In this document: in pieces, positions 1-9,176 of the stretch
Layout: each line of letters begins with the position of its first letter
How positions within the stretch are numbered: position 1 is the first letter of the stretch
Source: Candidatus Tayloriibacteriota bacterium
Lineage (GTDB): Bacteria; Patescibacteriota; Minisyncoccia; Phycocordibacterales; PALSA-1337
Assembly: GCA_003151615.1 (NCBI GenBank)
Contig: PLXZ01000001.1
Location: 3,795-67,794 of the forward strand
Direction: 5' to 3'
DNA: 64,000 nucleotides
The notes under the pieces: generated by a model
Seen by the model: the letters and a program-made list of their open reading frames with translations, nothing else
Told to the model about the DNA's origin: nothing
Database searches by the model: none
Made by a program: the position numbers and the translations under genes

Positions 1-1416
1 TTGACCGTAATTATCGCTTATTACCGCAGGAACAGAACTAACCGGCCCAAAATAAATCACCGACTGCGAATTTGCAAAGCCTTGAGATCCGTCGGCATTG
101 TTATAGAAGGTTCCGCCGGCATTATTCTTGTAGACATTTACACCCTGACTTCCCCCGTTTACCGTGACATTGAAAGTACCCGTAAGCAGAGACTCCTGCC
201 GTTTCGAATTATATGACAATTGCAGAGTCGGATAGTTGGCGACGGAAGCCGAAGCAGGCACGTTCGTAACGGGCGTTGAAGTTGCAATCGGAGCAGTTAT
301 CCAATTCGAATTGCCACAAGGGCCAATCGAGGATGTTCTCCATGCTGTATTATTTGCCATCGAATTCGAAAGCGCCGTCACTTTGCCGGCGGCGGTGGAC
401 CATGCAATACCCGTCAATTGAACGGCGCAGACATCCGCATTCGTTCCTGCGCTCAGGAATTGATATGTCACCGGAATGGTTACACTCTGATTCTGGGCGA
501 TAGTAAATGATGCGCCGTCACTCGAGAGCGTCGTATTCGACGGCTGTGAATAGCCTGCGACAAGATTAGGGCCGGAGATCACGGGTGCGCCGTCTCGATA
601 CACCTGAGCGAGATTCGTAGGCGTCGCTGAATTGCCGAAAGCAGGAGAAGTCGAATTAGGCAATCCAAGTGTTACATTCTGACCGATAGCCTGAACATTA
701 ACGTTGAAAGTAGCCCTATTTAGAATGACGCTGCTCGTAGCATTACCGAGAGGAGTTATATTTGTCGTCGTAATAGTCGGTGTTCCGGCAAGCGAAAACG
801 CGGGACCCGGGCCGGCGACGGTAATGGCATTTCCGTTTGCGGAACCGGTAAGCGCCGTAACTGCATTGTCTCTCGAATCGTATACGGCGAGATACCCTGC
901 CGCATTCGACATTGAAGCGGTTACAACCTCTTGCGAACCTGGCGTTGTCAGACCTGAGACGTCAACCTTAACCGTGAAAGGAACCGTCGTATTGATAGGA
1001 ATAGTTGCGCCTGCCGCATTGTCGCTGATCCGGAATGTAGCGACATTATTGACTACCGCGGACGACGCAATAGGCGTAGAGCCCTGATAGAGGTACGCGG
1101 CATTCACTGTTCCATTACCTGAAGGAAATATACTTACAAGAACATTGTGAAGATGAAGAGTGTCGCCCTGTGCATTAACGTCAAACACCAAAACTGGTAG
1201 ACCGAGATACTGGCCCTGTGCCGTGTTTGTTACCGGCACCGTATCTGAAAGAGGGCTTGATCCGTCGAGTGACAAAGTTGCTGAAGATGCCGAAACCGGA
1301 GTTATCGGAGTACATACCCAACCTGCCGGACAAACGACTGTCTGTGCGGAAGCCACAATCGGCGAAAATTGAAAGACGGCAAGTACGGAAAATGCTGAAA
1401 TAAGAAATCGTTTCAT
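1..1416 (-). CDS. Secreted cell-surface protein, partial (C-terminus beyond the window start). It is a paralog of the 9177-11135 gene. N-terminal signal peptide MKRFLISAFSVLAVFQFSPIVASA.
   Basis: I checked by hand that the reading frame is open across 1-1416 on the minus strand, with ATG at 1414-1416. It is absent from the ORF track because no stop lies in the window. It shares blocks with the 671-aa protein: QGQYLGLPV(L/M)VFDVNA(Q/N)GDTLHLH, AAYLYQGSTPI, PINTTVPFTVKVDVSGLT, and the C-terminal WST...AWRT motif. Confidence 0.75.
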   Translation of the reverse strand, partial: MKRFLISAFSVLAVFQFSPIVASAQTVVCPAGWVCTPITPVSASSATLSLDGSSPLSDTVPVTNTAQGQYLGLPVLVFDVNAQGDTLHLHNVLVSIFPSGNGTVNAAYLYQGSTPIASSAVVNNVATFRISDNAAGATIPINTTVPFTVKVDVSGLTTPGSQEVVTASMSNAAGYLAVYDSRDNAVTALTGSANGNAITVAGPGPAFSLAGTPTITTTNITPLGNATSSVILNRATFNVNVQAIGQNVTLGLPNSTSPAFGNSATPTNLAQVYRDGAPVISGPNLVAGYSQPSNTTLSSDGASFTIAQNQSVTIPVTYQFLSAGTNADVCAVQLTGIAWSTAAGKVTALSNSMANNTAWRTSSIGPCGNSNWITAPIATSTPVTNVPASASVANYPTLQLSYNSKRQESLLTGTFNVTVNGGSQGVNVYKNNAGGTFYNNADGSQGFANSQSVIYFGPVSSVPAVISDNYGQ

Positions 1417-1528
1417 TTGTATTATTTTCTATAATTAATTGTAATAGCGTCATTATACCCCCCCCGCACAAGTCCATCCACAACTTATCCCCAGTTATAT
1501 CCACAAAAATGCTATAGTTAAGCCATAT

Positions 1529-2416
1529 ATGCCCCGAAATAAGACTTTTATGAAGAAAATACTAACTATAATTGTCTGTATTTTTGCTGTTATCGGTTTT
1601 GTTTTGGTCGCCGTTTATGCCGCGGTCGAGCTCGGATGGACGCGAACGCCCGGAATCATCGACAATCAGCACGATTTTTTCAAAAATCAGGTTCTGAGTT
1701 CATCCTCGTCGGCTCCAACGTCATCGACGGCGACAACTGAAAACGATTCTACTTGGATTCAGTCGCCGCAATGGCAAGTTCTCAAAGTCGCCATCGCAAA
1801 AGACGCGAACGCCATCAATTTGGCCGCCAGTTCCACCGGGATTCCGGCTCGAATGATAGTGGCGCCGCTCGTTGTCGAACAATTGCGTCTTTTTTACACC
1901 GACCGCGAAGTTTTCAAGGAAGTGTTCGCGCCACTGCAGATTCTCGGCAACCAGAGTCAATTTTCCTGGGGTGTTATGGGCATAAAACAGGATACTGCCG
2001 TAGAAATTGAAAATAATCTGAAAAATCCGCAGTCTCCATACTATTTGGGAACTGATTATGAACATATTCTCGATTATACGCCTCAAAATATGACTACCGC
2101 GAGTACCTCAACCGATCCAGATACCGAACGATTCTACCGTTTGACCGACGAACATAACCGTTACTATTCATATTTATATGCGGCAGTAATGATAAAAGAG
2201 CTCGAAACCCAATGGCAAAACGCGGGCGACCCAATTGCCGACCGGCCAGACATCGTCTCTACCCTCTTCAACATCGGTTTTGAAAATTCGCATCCAAATG
2301 CCAACCCCCGGGTCGGCGGTGCGGAAATCGACATTGGTTCAACTACATTTAGTTTTGGCGGACTAGCCGGAAGTTTTTATACCTCAGACGAATTGACAAA
2401 TATTTTTCCGAGGTAA
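1529..2416 (+). CDS. Hypothetical membrane-anchored protein (N-terminal TM helix, Ser/Thr-rich linker).
   Basis: 295-aa ORF with a hydrophobic N-terminus (ILTIIVCIFAVIGFVLVAVYAAV). I recognised no catalytic motif. Confidence 0.5.
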   Translation: MPRNKTFMKKILTIIVCIFAVIGFVLVAVYAAVELGWTRTPGIIDNQHDFFKNQVLSSSSSAPTSSTATTENDSTWIQSPQWQVLKVAIAKDANAINLAASSTGIPARMIVAPLVVEQLRLFYTDREVFKEVFAPLQILGNQSQFSWGVMGIKQDTAVEIENNLKNPQSPYYLGTDYEHILDYTPQNMTTASTSTDPDTERFYRLTDEHNRYYSYLYAAVMIKELETQWQNAGDPIADRPDIVSTLFNIGFENSHPNANPRVGGAEIDIGSTTFSFGGLAGSFYTSDELTNIFPR

Positions 2417-2504
2417 GGCACGCAAATCTACTTAATACTAAAACGCGCGGGTGCATGTCGCAGAGGAACTCTCAGACATGCACCCGCGCGTTTTGTGTAT
2501 CGTG

Positions 2505-2888
2505 CTATTTATATTCCACTTTTCCGCCCGCTGTTTCGATCTGTTTCTTAACAACGTCGGCATCTTCTTTCTTCATGCCTTCCTTGATGAGAGACGGAGC
2601 TGCGTCAACGAGGTCCTTCGCTTCCTTGAGGCCGAGTCCGAGGACTTCCTTGACTACCTTGATGACTGCAATTTTCTGGGCGCCTGCATCAGCGAGATGG
2701 ATGCTCACCGTGCTCTTTTCCTCAGTTGCCGCTGCCGCCGCAGGAGCCGCCGCGACCGTAGCCGCCGCTGACACTCCGAACTTGCCTTCGAGGAACTTTA
2801 CGAGTTCGTTGAGGTCAAGCACTGACATTTTTTCAATCGCCTCGACGACTGATTTGAATTTTGCTGGAATTTCTGCGTGTTCTGACAT
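2505..2888 (-). CDS. rplL: 50S ribosomal protein L7/L12.
   Basis: Ala-rich hinge [14 protein letters not shown] and the conserved C-terminal domain [24 protein letters not shown]...GGKVEYK. Confidence 0.95.
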   Translation of the reverse strand: MSEHAEIPAKFKSVVEAIEKMSVLDLNELVKFLEGKFGVSAAATVAAAPAAAAATEEKSTVSIHLADAGAQKIAVIKVVKEVLGLGLKEAKDLVDAAPSLIKEGMKKEDADVVKKQIETAGGKVEYK

Positions 2889-2940
2889 GTTTTTTATAAA
2901 TTAAATTGATAAATAATAAGTTTGTGATTGTAGACCGCGA

Positions 2941-3432
2941 TTACGCCGTCTTTTTCTTCGCAATCTGATCGAGAGCGACGACAAATCCCTGAATCGGAGA
3001 ATTGATGACGTTGAGGAACATACCCCGGAGAGTATCGAGAGAGGGAATAAGCGCAATGCCTTCCATCTCTGCCTTTGTCATGAATTTTCCTTCAAAGACC
3101 CCGCCGACAATCGAAACACCCTGCTTGAATTTCTTCTGGAACGCGTATATTTCGCGGGCCGGAGCGATGAGATCGATTCCGTAAGCGATGCCCACTTCCC
3201 CTTCAAGGACCGGCATTTCACCGGTTATTTTCTTTCCCTCGAGAGCCTTGCGGGTGATGCTTTTCTTCGCAACGAAATAGCCGATGCCTTCGCTTTTCAG
3301 TTTTCTGCGGACTTCCGTCGCGCCGGAAACCTTCAAGCCGTGGAAATTGACGAAGACGAGGGACTGCGAATCATCCGCAATCTTGCTCACCTTGTCCAGA
3401 ATTTCCTTCTTCTGTACTTTTGTTCGTGCCAT
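2941..3432 (-). CDS. rplJ: 50S ribosomal protein L10.
   Basis: MARTKVQKKEIL...FVNFHGLKVSGATEVRRKLK is typical L10 and sits immediately upstream of rplL. A first in-frame AUG at 3453 lies inside a hairpin, so the second AUG is preferred. Confidence 0.9.
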   Translation of the reverse strand: MARTKVQKKEILDKVSKIADDSQSLVFVNFHGLKVSGATEVRRKLKSEGIGYFVAKKSITRKALEGKKITGEMPVLEGEVGIAYGIDLIAPAREIYAFQKKFKQGVSIVGGVFEGKFMTKAEMEGIALIPSLDTLRGMFLNVINSPIQGFVVALDQIAKKKTA

Positions 3433-3453
3433 TATTTGATTGTTATGCGCCAT

Positions 3454-3631
3454 GCAAAATGCACGGCGCTTCTGATAAAACTTGTGAACGACCTTTTATA
3501 AAGGCGAGTAGTGTGTCGAACGAAGCCGACTAACCTGGAAAGGACTTGTTCGCCGTCGTTTCGACGACGATGCCTTTCTTCTCGGGCCTTATGCGATATA
3601 ACATATCATAGGTGCGTTTTTTGGGCAAATA
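3454..3631 (-). promoter_or_regulatory. rplJ 5' leader with a hairpin (gcgccatgc..gcacggcgc, 3454-3476) overlapping the first AUG. Possible L10(L12)4 autoregulatory leader.
   Basis: Imperfect 9-bp inverted repeat seen in the sequence. The leader function is inferred by analogy with known L10 leaders. Confidence 0.3.
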
Positions 3632-6562
3632 TTATTGCGCCGTATCGACATCGTCGATAAACGCCTCGAATATATCCTCGAGTTTTTGTTTGCGGGTTGA
3701 ATCCAGATTTTTGAACACCCAATGCTGGTTCTGCAAATCGGCAATAGCCTTCTGCGCCCCGGCAATCGCCTGTTTGTTTGGATTCTTCACCTCTTTAATC
3801 GGCTTTTTCTTTCTCAAGCAATCAATGATGGAATCAAGTTTGTCATGCATCATTTTTTCCTTGTACGGAGAGAGACCGAGCGAAGAAACAATTGACTGAT
3901 ATGATTCCATGTCGAGAACCGGATCATATTCGTCGTGCGGGGTCGAGGTTGCGTCTGTCGTTCCGTCGCCATTGAAATCAAACAGCATCATTTGCGTTGT
4001 TGATGCCGTCGTCGAAGTCGCGGAAAACCGCGTCGTTGTCGCCAAAACAAGTTCGGCTTTCAAAAGCGGCGTCACCGGCATATCCGCGAACATCGTATTG
4101 GTCGCATCGACGCCGTTGACGTCATGCTCCGTATCAACTTCGAACGAACCCATTCCCGTTCCGGTAAATGTCACGCGATAATCCGTTCCGTACGGAACTC
4201 TGACATAGGTATCTTCGTCATTAGGAACGTAATCACTGCCCGGAATGCCCGTTTCAAACATCCCAAGATCCGATCCGGGAATGGGATTCGGTATTGGACC
4301 GGTATGATTACCCCTACTGTCGTAGACATTTAATTCGACGGGAGAATGGATCGAGATAACGAGAGCATCCTCGTGCACATCCGCCATGGTAGGAGCCCTG
4401 TTAGAAATATATGGCGGTAATGTTTCATCTTGGTCTCCCGGCGTAGAATTAGTCGATGACGCAACTAACTTTTCCTTCACGAATGCGACTCCTGAATCCG
4501 TGCTCAAGATATCAGCATGATCATCGCCAATGATTTTGCCTTTGCTTTCCGAGCCAAGATCGAAATAATAGTCGGACGAACTGGAAATCGCGGCCGCGGC
4601 GCTCTGCAATATCACGGTTCCGTCGCCAAAGATTGTCGTGGATGCCGAATGCTCAAGGGCATTTGTGCATGTCGGGGTTGTGCCAAAAAATACCGTCATG
4701 GCGCTGTCAGAGCAAACTTTTTTTGCATAGTAGGATATTCCGGAGAGCGTTGGATTGCCCCATCCCGCGAGAATGATTGCCTTGGTCGTCGAAGCGAACG
4801 AAAAAGTATCGATCGTATCGTGGATTTTTTGCGCAGCATCAATCATTGCGGTATGAAGAATTGCCGGCAAATCCGTATCGCCGGCGGACGGTTCGGCGCG
4901 GTGATCCGAAATACCCGTCAAAAAACTGCGCAAGGCGTCATAACCGGAAACCGTCTGTTTTTCGCCTGCCAAATTGAAGTCGGCAATCGCAGACGACGTA
5001 AACGAAACGATCGAACCGAACAGACTGCTCGTGGCGTTTGAAAAATATCCGCGCGACGGCAGCAATCCGTATCCGCCCGGCATATTGTCGCCAAGTTCCC
5101 GCGCAATGCCCTGCGTTGTTATTGCTCCTCCCAGAATGCTCTGATTATCGCCGTGAAGAAGTCCGGCAATCGCTTGCGGCGTGCCCAGTTGTGGCACTGC
5201 CACCAGAATCACTTTATCAAGCAAACCTGATTCGCCTTTGTCGGCGAGAGCTTTCGCCAAGACTTTTGCAACCAAGCCGCCATTGCTATGCGCGACAATG
5301 GTAACTTTTCCTGTTTTTGAAGTGGATGCGAGCGATTGAATTGTCTGAATCAATTTTTGCGAAACCGCTGCAGTGACGTCAAAGCGCCAGTCATAAGGAT
5401 ACGCCGTCCACGAATTGATAGTCTTGTCCGCAACCACGCCATTCATCATGGCGATAAAACCTTTATAAATCGGAAACAAGCCGAGAGCGCTGTCGATAAT
5501 ATCCTTCGTATATATTCCTGAATTGACGCTCTGCCCCGTCGGCGTCATGAAAAGCTTTTGCACGTCGGCGTTTCTGTTGGGTTCCCACAATTCATTCGTC
5601 GACGTTCCAAAGAGCGATTTTTGGTCAAGATAAAGCCTACTTGATTCGATACCGGGCAAGAACAAGACATTTGAACAGCATGCGGCCGATTGCGCGTGAA
5701 TTACCGTATCCTGCGTAAGCCATGGCGCATAATCGACGTTACCGAAAATCGCGGCGCCGGTCGCGCTCGCGGGCCCTGCCGAACTTCCCCACCAATTGTT
5801 TTCGGCACTGATCGGATTATCAATTGAATTATAAATGCCGTATAAACTATTGTTCGTGATTGAACTGCTTGAAATGACAATATTGTTCACAGCCGGAGGC
5901 GTCGGAATTGTCAGGGCATGCGCTATCTCCGGCGCAAAAAGTGCCCTAAAAAATCGGGACGCGAAACCTGCGCGGGGCGTGCCGAAAGTATTTTCAAAAG
6001 TGTTTCCAGGGGTGTTTACCGCCTGAAACACCGGCGGCGGCATGGGACGTGAATATATGCCGTACCTGTTTCCGGAAATGACACTGTCGGTGATAGTGAT
6101 TGAACTTCCCTGCGCGTCAACAGCCGTGTCAGCATCGGTTATGGTGGTCGAGGAAATCCAGACATTGCTTTGGGTAATGCCCAATCCCGTCGGCACGTCA
6201 ATATGCGCATTCGAAAATGTCGACGTCGCAAACGAAATCCAAAAACCCGTCAAATTATTCAGGATTACCGGCTGGCTCGCCGTTCCGTTTACGGATAAGG
6301 TTCCACCGACGGAAAGCGAACCGGGACTGGACGAAGACGTCGTGACAGTTACGCCCGGCCCAATCGAAAGAAAAACTCCGAACGGAATATAAATATCAGC
6401 GTCGAGAATATAGGGACTGCCCGTCTTGGTCCAACTCACAGTTTGGCCAAATGCCGTGTCGGCCGTGATATGCGTCTCGGCATGGACGACCGGGGCGATA
6501 AAAATAAACGTCGCAAAAACAACAGAAACAAAAACGCGAAAAAGATTCTTCATATGATGCAA
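3632..6562 (-). CDS. Secreted multidomain protein. It has a signal peptide, parallel beta-helix-like repeats (NNWWG), an LCAT/PGAP1-like alpha/beta-hydrolase lipase domain (PYDWR, GxSxG = AHSNGG), and a C-terminal DFNGDG-containing region.
   Basis: 976-aa ORF. N-terminus MHHMKNLFRVFVSVVFATFIFIAPVVHA. Motifs YPYDWRFDV and TIVAHSNGGLVAKVL match the LCAT-like phospholipase/acyltransferase family. NRYGIYS and NNSLYGIYNS...NNWWG are beta-helix-like. Confidence 0.7.
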   Translation of the reverse strand: MHHMKNLFRVFVSVVFATFIFIAPVVHAETHITADTAFGQTVSWTKTGSPYILDADIYIPFGVFLSIGPGVTVTTSSSSPGSLSVGGTLSVNGTASQPVILNNLTGFWISFATSTFSNAHIDVPTGLGITQSNVWISSTTITDADTAVDAQGSSITITDSVISGNRYGIYSRPMPPPVFQAVNTPGNTFENTFGTPRAGFASRFFRALFAPEIAHALTIPTPPAVNNIVISSSSITNNSLYGIYNSIDNPISAENNWWGSSAGPASATGAAIFGNVDYAPWLTQDTVIHAQSAACCSNVLFLPGIESSRLYLDQKSLFGTSTNELWEPNRNADVQKLFMTPTGQSVNSGIYTKDIIDSALGLFPIYKGFIAMMNGVVADKTINSWTAYPYDWRFDVTAAVSQKLIQTIQSLASTSKTGKVTIVAHSNGGLVAKVLAKALADKGESGLLDKVILVAVPQLGTPQAIAGLLHGDNQSILGGAITTQGIARELGDNMPGGYGLLPSRGYFSNATSSLFGSIVSFTSSAIADFNLAGEKQTVSGYDALRSFLTGISDHRAEPSAGDTDLPAILHTAMIDAAQKIHDTIDTFSFASTTKAIILAGWGNPTLSGISYYAKKVCSDSAMTVFFGTTPTCTNALEHSASTTIFGDGTVILQSAAAAISSSSDYYFDLGSESKGKIIGDDHADILSTDSGVAFVKEKLVASSTNSTPGDQDETLPPYISNRAPTMADVHEDALVISIHSPVELNVYDSRGNHTGPIPNPIPGSDLGMFETGIPGSDYVPNDEDTYVRVPYGTDYRVTFTGTGMGSFEVDTEHDVNGVDATNTMFADMPVTPLLKAELVLATTTRFSATSTTASTTQMMLFDFNGDGTTDATSTPHDEYDPVLDMESYQSIVSSLGLSPYKEKMMHDKLDSIIDCLRKKKPIKEVKNPNKQAIAGAQKAIADLQNQHWVFKNLDSTRKQKLEDIFEAFIDDVDTAQ

Positions 6563-6670
6563 AAATTAAATTACTAATAATTGCACCTACGATATCAGAG
6601 TGCGATAAAATCCTGATAAAATTATCGCGATAAATTATTTCCGAGATTTTGTAAAGAGAAACGAGAAAAA

Positions 6671-7114
6671 CTACTGTATCGTAAAAGCCTGAGTTCCGAC
6701 CAAAACATGATTATTAGCCGAATTAACGAAATAGATTTGATAATTGGTTTTTGGGAATGTATTCGAAGGCACTTTGAAAGTAAAGCTCTGCTGGGTCGAT
6801 GTTGCCGTCCCGAGAACCTGTCCGATGTAAAAGCCCTTGTTTGTGACAAATTCCAAATCGAGAATGTACTTTATGGCATTCGGGTTTTTATTCTTCCACG
6901 TAAGGGTATACATCTGACCGGCGTGCAAAACAGTGGAACCGATGGCGGAGGTAATGACCGGCGGAAGCCGCAGATCGTCGGAAATAAAGGTCGACGACGC
7001 CGAAATGGATGACGAAGCAACGGCCGAAATATTCGCGGGAGTATGAATCGCAGGCGAATAGACCCCGAATAGTGTTCCGAGATAAATCAATATTGTTGCA
7101 AAAAGTGATTTCAT
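6671..7114 (-). CDS. Small secreted hypothetical protein with a signal peptide.
   Basis: 147-aa ORF with N-terminus MKSLFATILIYLGTLFGVYS. Confidence 0.5.
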   Translation of the reverse strand: MKSLFATILIYLGTLFGVYSPAIHTPANISAVASSSISASSTFISDDLRLPPVITSAIGSTVLHAGQMYTLTWKNKNPNAIKYILDLEFVTNKGFYIGQVLGTATSTQQSFTFKVPSNTFPKTNYQIYFVNSANNHVLVGTQAFTIQ

Positions 7115-7279
7115 AAAAGTATGTGGTTCGAAATTATCTACTTCAGATATACCTGTGAAGCATACATGACGGCGAAACTCATTGCAAGAATGAGCGTGAA
7201 GCCGATGAAAAACTTGAAAAACGTGCGATCAAAAGGGTTTACCATTGACGTAAGTATACACCGAAATTAAAACTATATC

Positions 7280-9016
7280 CTATATTCCCTTGTTGAGAAG
7301 CGCTCGAGTCGCGGGACCAACGACGCCCAATTGATCAAGGCTGTGTTTTTTCTGATACGCCTTCACGCCAGCTTCGGTTAAATCGCCGAATGTTCCCGTT
7401 ATAGGCCCTGAATAAACACCGTCGGCGGTAAGTCGTTTCTGAAGGGCCGTCACCTGCGCCCCGGTCGAGCCGTTATACAAATATTGCGTGAATACAATCG
7501 ATCCCGCGGAAGAGGAAACATCCGACGACACGTTCGAAGAAGGCGTCGCCGCGGCATTTCCAACCCAGAAGTAGGCGCTTGCGGCGCTTCCCGCCGGATT
7601 TGAGAATGTTATTGAAACCGGCATTGGCATGCTTTCATTTCCCGTCATTGAGTAACTTGCCATATACGGGCCGTTGCCGTTCCCTGTAATCGAAACAGCC
7701 GCGCCCGCAACGAGCATCGACGGAATGCTGATGCTTTGATTCGCCGTGAACGTCAGCGTCAAGGCATTCCCCGCTCCGAGAAACTGCCCGTTTTGATCAT
7801 TTGAAGAAACCGAAAACGAAGTTATGGCCGGAGCGACCGTCGTACCCGAAACCGTCGTTGTTGAACCGTTCGCGGTCGTCAACGGCAATGTCGAAACATA
7901 CGCATAGAGAATTCCGCACTGACCGTTAATTGAACAAATCTGGATATTATCTCCACCGAACGCGAGACCCGTTACGGCAACACTCGTACCGTTTACATTT
8001 GCCGTCGCAACCCCTCCGGCGGAATTAGTTGAAACATAATAAGGGCTCGTTCCACCGAGAATTGAAACGGATTGGCTCTGCCCGACTGTCAAAGTGAGAT
8101 TCGACGGACTGAAAGTGAGCGTTGTGGTTGTATTCGTCGTCACCGCAGAAGTATTCGATTGCGACACACTGACGTTTACCTGACCACACGAAGTGCTGTT
8201 ATTAGCCGAGGAACACACGCTAATAAGCGATGAACCGGGATTGACGCCCCCAACCGTTAAAATCGAACCGCTTAAATTCGCCGACACGAAACCGGAATTA
8301 GCATTGGATGAAATATAATAATTCCCCGAACCTGTTATAGCCACGGTTTGACTCTTCCCTACCACAACATTTACCGTACTCTGACTGAAGGAAATGTTCG
8401 CCGCCGAAGCCGCTGATGTCTGCACCGTAACCTGTATCGTAGCGCATCCCAACCCCGACGCACAAATCGTCAAATTCGTCGTACCCGTATTGAATGCCGT
8501 CACGGTAATTTGGTTCCCGGAAATTGAAGCGGTAGCTATCGAAGGATTTGTATTGGTCGAGAGAGTTAGAGGAGCGGAAACTGATGCGGAAATAGTCGAC
8601 GATTGTCCCGATGTCATAATGAGATTCGTCTGGCTCAATGGCAACGTTCCGGAGCTCGTAAAGCTCGGCCATGCGGAGGCCGCAGAAGCCTGACCGTCAA
8701 CCATCACATAAACTAACGCACCCGACGTTATGCCATAGGTACTAGCATCAACAGTCGTCGTCAAATAACCGCTTGAATTAGTCGTGCCGATATTGGTCGA
8801 ACTAAGGGATGATGCACCGGGATAATACAAAAGGGTCGAAGCATTCGGATCAGCCCCGTAAACCGTAATCTGCACCTGGCTACTGCCGGATGTCACCGTA
8901 TAGAGCGACATAGTCGGAATATTGGCGGCATAGGCGGGAATGGCAACTAAACCCGCGATTACAGCGACACCAATAGTTCGCAAAAAATTACGTATCATAG
9001 TTTGATATATGTTCAT
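7280..9016 (-). CDS. Secreted protein with tandem Ig-like (Big_2-like) repeats and a C-terminal peptidoglycan-binding (PG_binding_1-like) domain. Paralog of 55342-56427.
   Basis: Signal peptide. The N-terminal block NIPTMSLYTVTSGSSQVQITVYGADPNASTLLYY matches TIPTLTLSVQNTGSTQITVYGDPNSAVLLYY in the other gene. It has ITVTA...ICASGLGCATIQV Ig-like motifs. The C-terminus is YLYNGSTGAQVTALQKRLTADGVYSGPITGTFGDLTEAGVKAYQKKHSL. The start could be the internal M at 8998. Confidence 0.75.
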   Translation of the reverse strand: MNIYQTMIRNFLRTIGVAVIAGLVAIPAYAANIPTMSLYTVTSGSSQVQITVYGADPNASTLLYYPGASSLSSTNIGTTNSSGYLTTTVDASTYGITSGALVYVMVDGQASAASAWPSFTSSGTLPLSQTNLIMTSGQSSTISASVSAPLTLSTNTNPSIATASISGNQITVTAFNTGTTNLTICASGLGCATIQVTVQTSAASAANISFSQSTVNVVVGKSQTVAITGSGNYYISSNANSGFVSANLSGSILTVGGVNPGSSLISVCSSANNSTSCGQVNVSVSQSNTSAVTTNTTTTLTFSPSNLTLTVGQSQSVSILGGTSPYYVSTNSAGGVATANVNGTSVAVTGLAFGGDNIQICSINGQCGILYAYVSTLPLTTANGSTTTVSGTTVAPAITSFSVSSNDQNGQFLGAGNALTLTFTANQSISIPSMLVAGAAVSITGNGNGPYMASYSMTGNESMPMPVSITFSNPAGSAASAYFWVGNAAATPSSNVSSDVSSSAGSIVFTQYLYNGSTGAQVTALQKRLTADGVYSGPITGTFGDLTEAGVKAYQKKHSLDQLGVVGPATRALLNKGI

Positions 9017-9102
9017 AGAATATTTAAGTTAAAACCTCTATGCAGATATTATACACCCAGAAAGGTTATTTTGTGACATGTTTTTAACATATTTAACCAA
9101 AC

Positions 9103-9142
9103 AAAAAACCACCCTTTTGAGGGGGTGGTTTTTTGTTTTTCA
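9103..9142 (-). terminator. Rho-independent, bidirectional-type terminator downstream of the 671-aa surface-protein gene.
   Basis: aaaaaaccaccc-ttttga-gggggtggttttttg: a GC stem flanked by an A-tract and a T-tract. Confidence 0.7.
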
Positions 9143-9176
9143 GACTAACCTAGCGAAGTCGAAGACTTCGTTAAGA

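Noticed and set aside
7144-7246. 33-aa hydrophobic mini-ORF (MVNPFDRTFFKFFIGFTLILAMSFAVMYASQVYLK) on the minus strand.
   Set aside because: It is too short to support without conservation or an RBS. It is noted only.
8298-8693. ORFs 8298-8672 (-) and 8394-8693 (+) inside the 7280-9016 gene. The same applies to the many antisense ORFs inside the lipase, ftsK, ileS and pilMNO genes.
   Set aside because: They are embedded in or antisense to long, well-supported genes, and have low-complexity translations.
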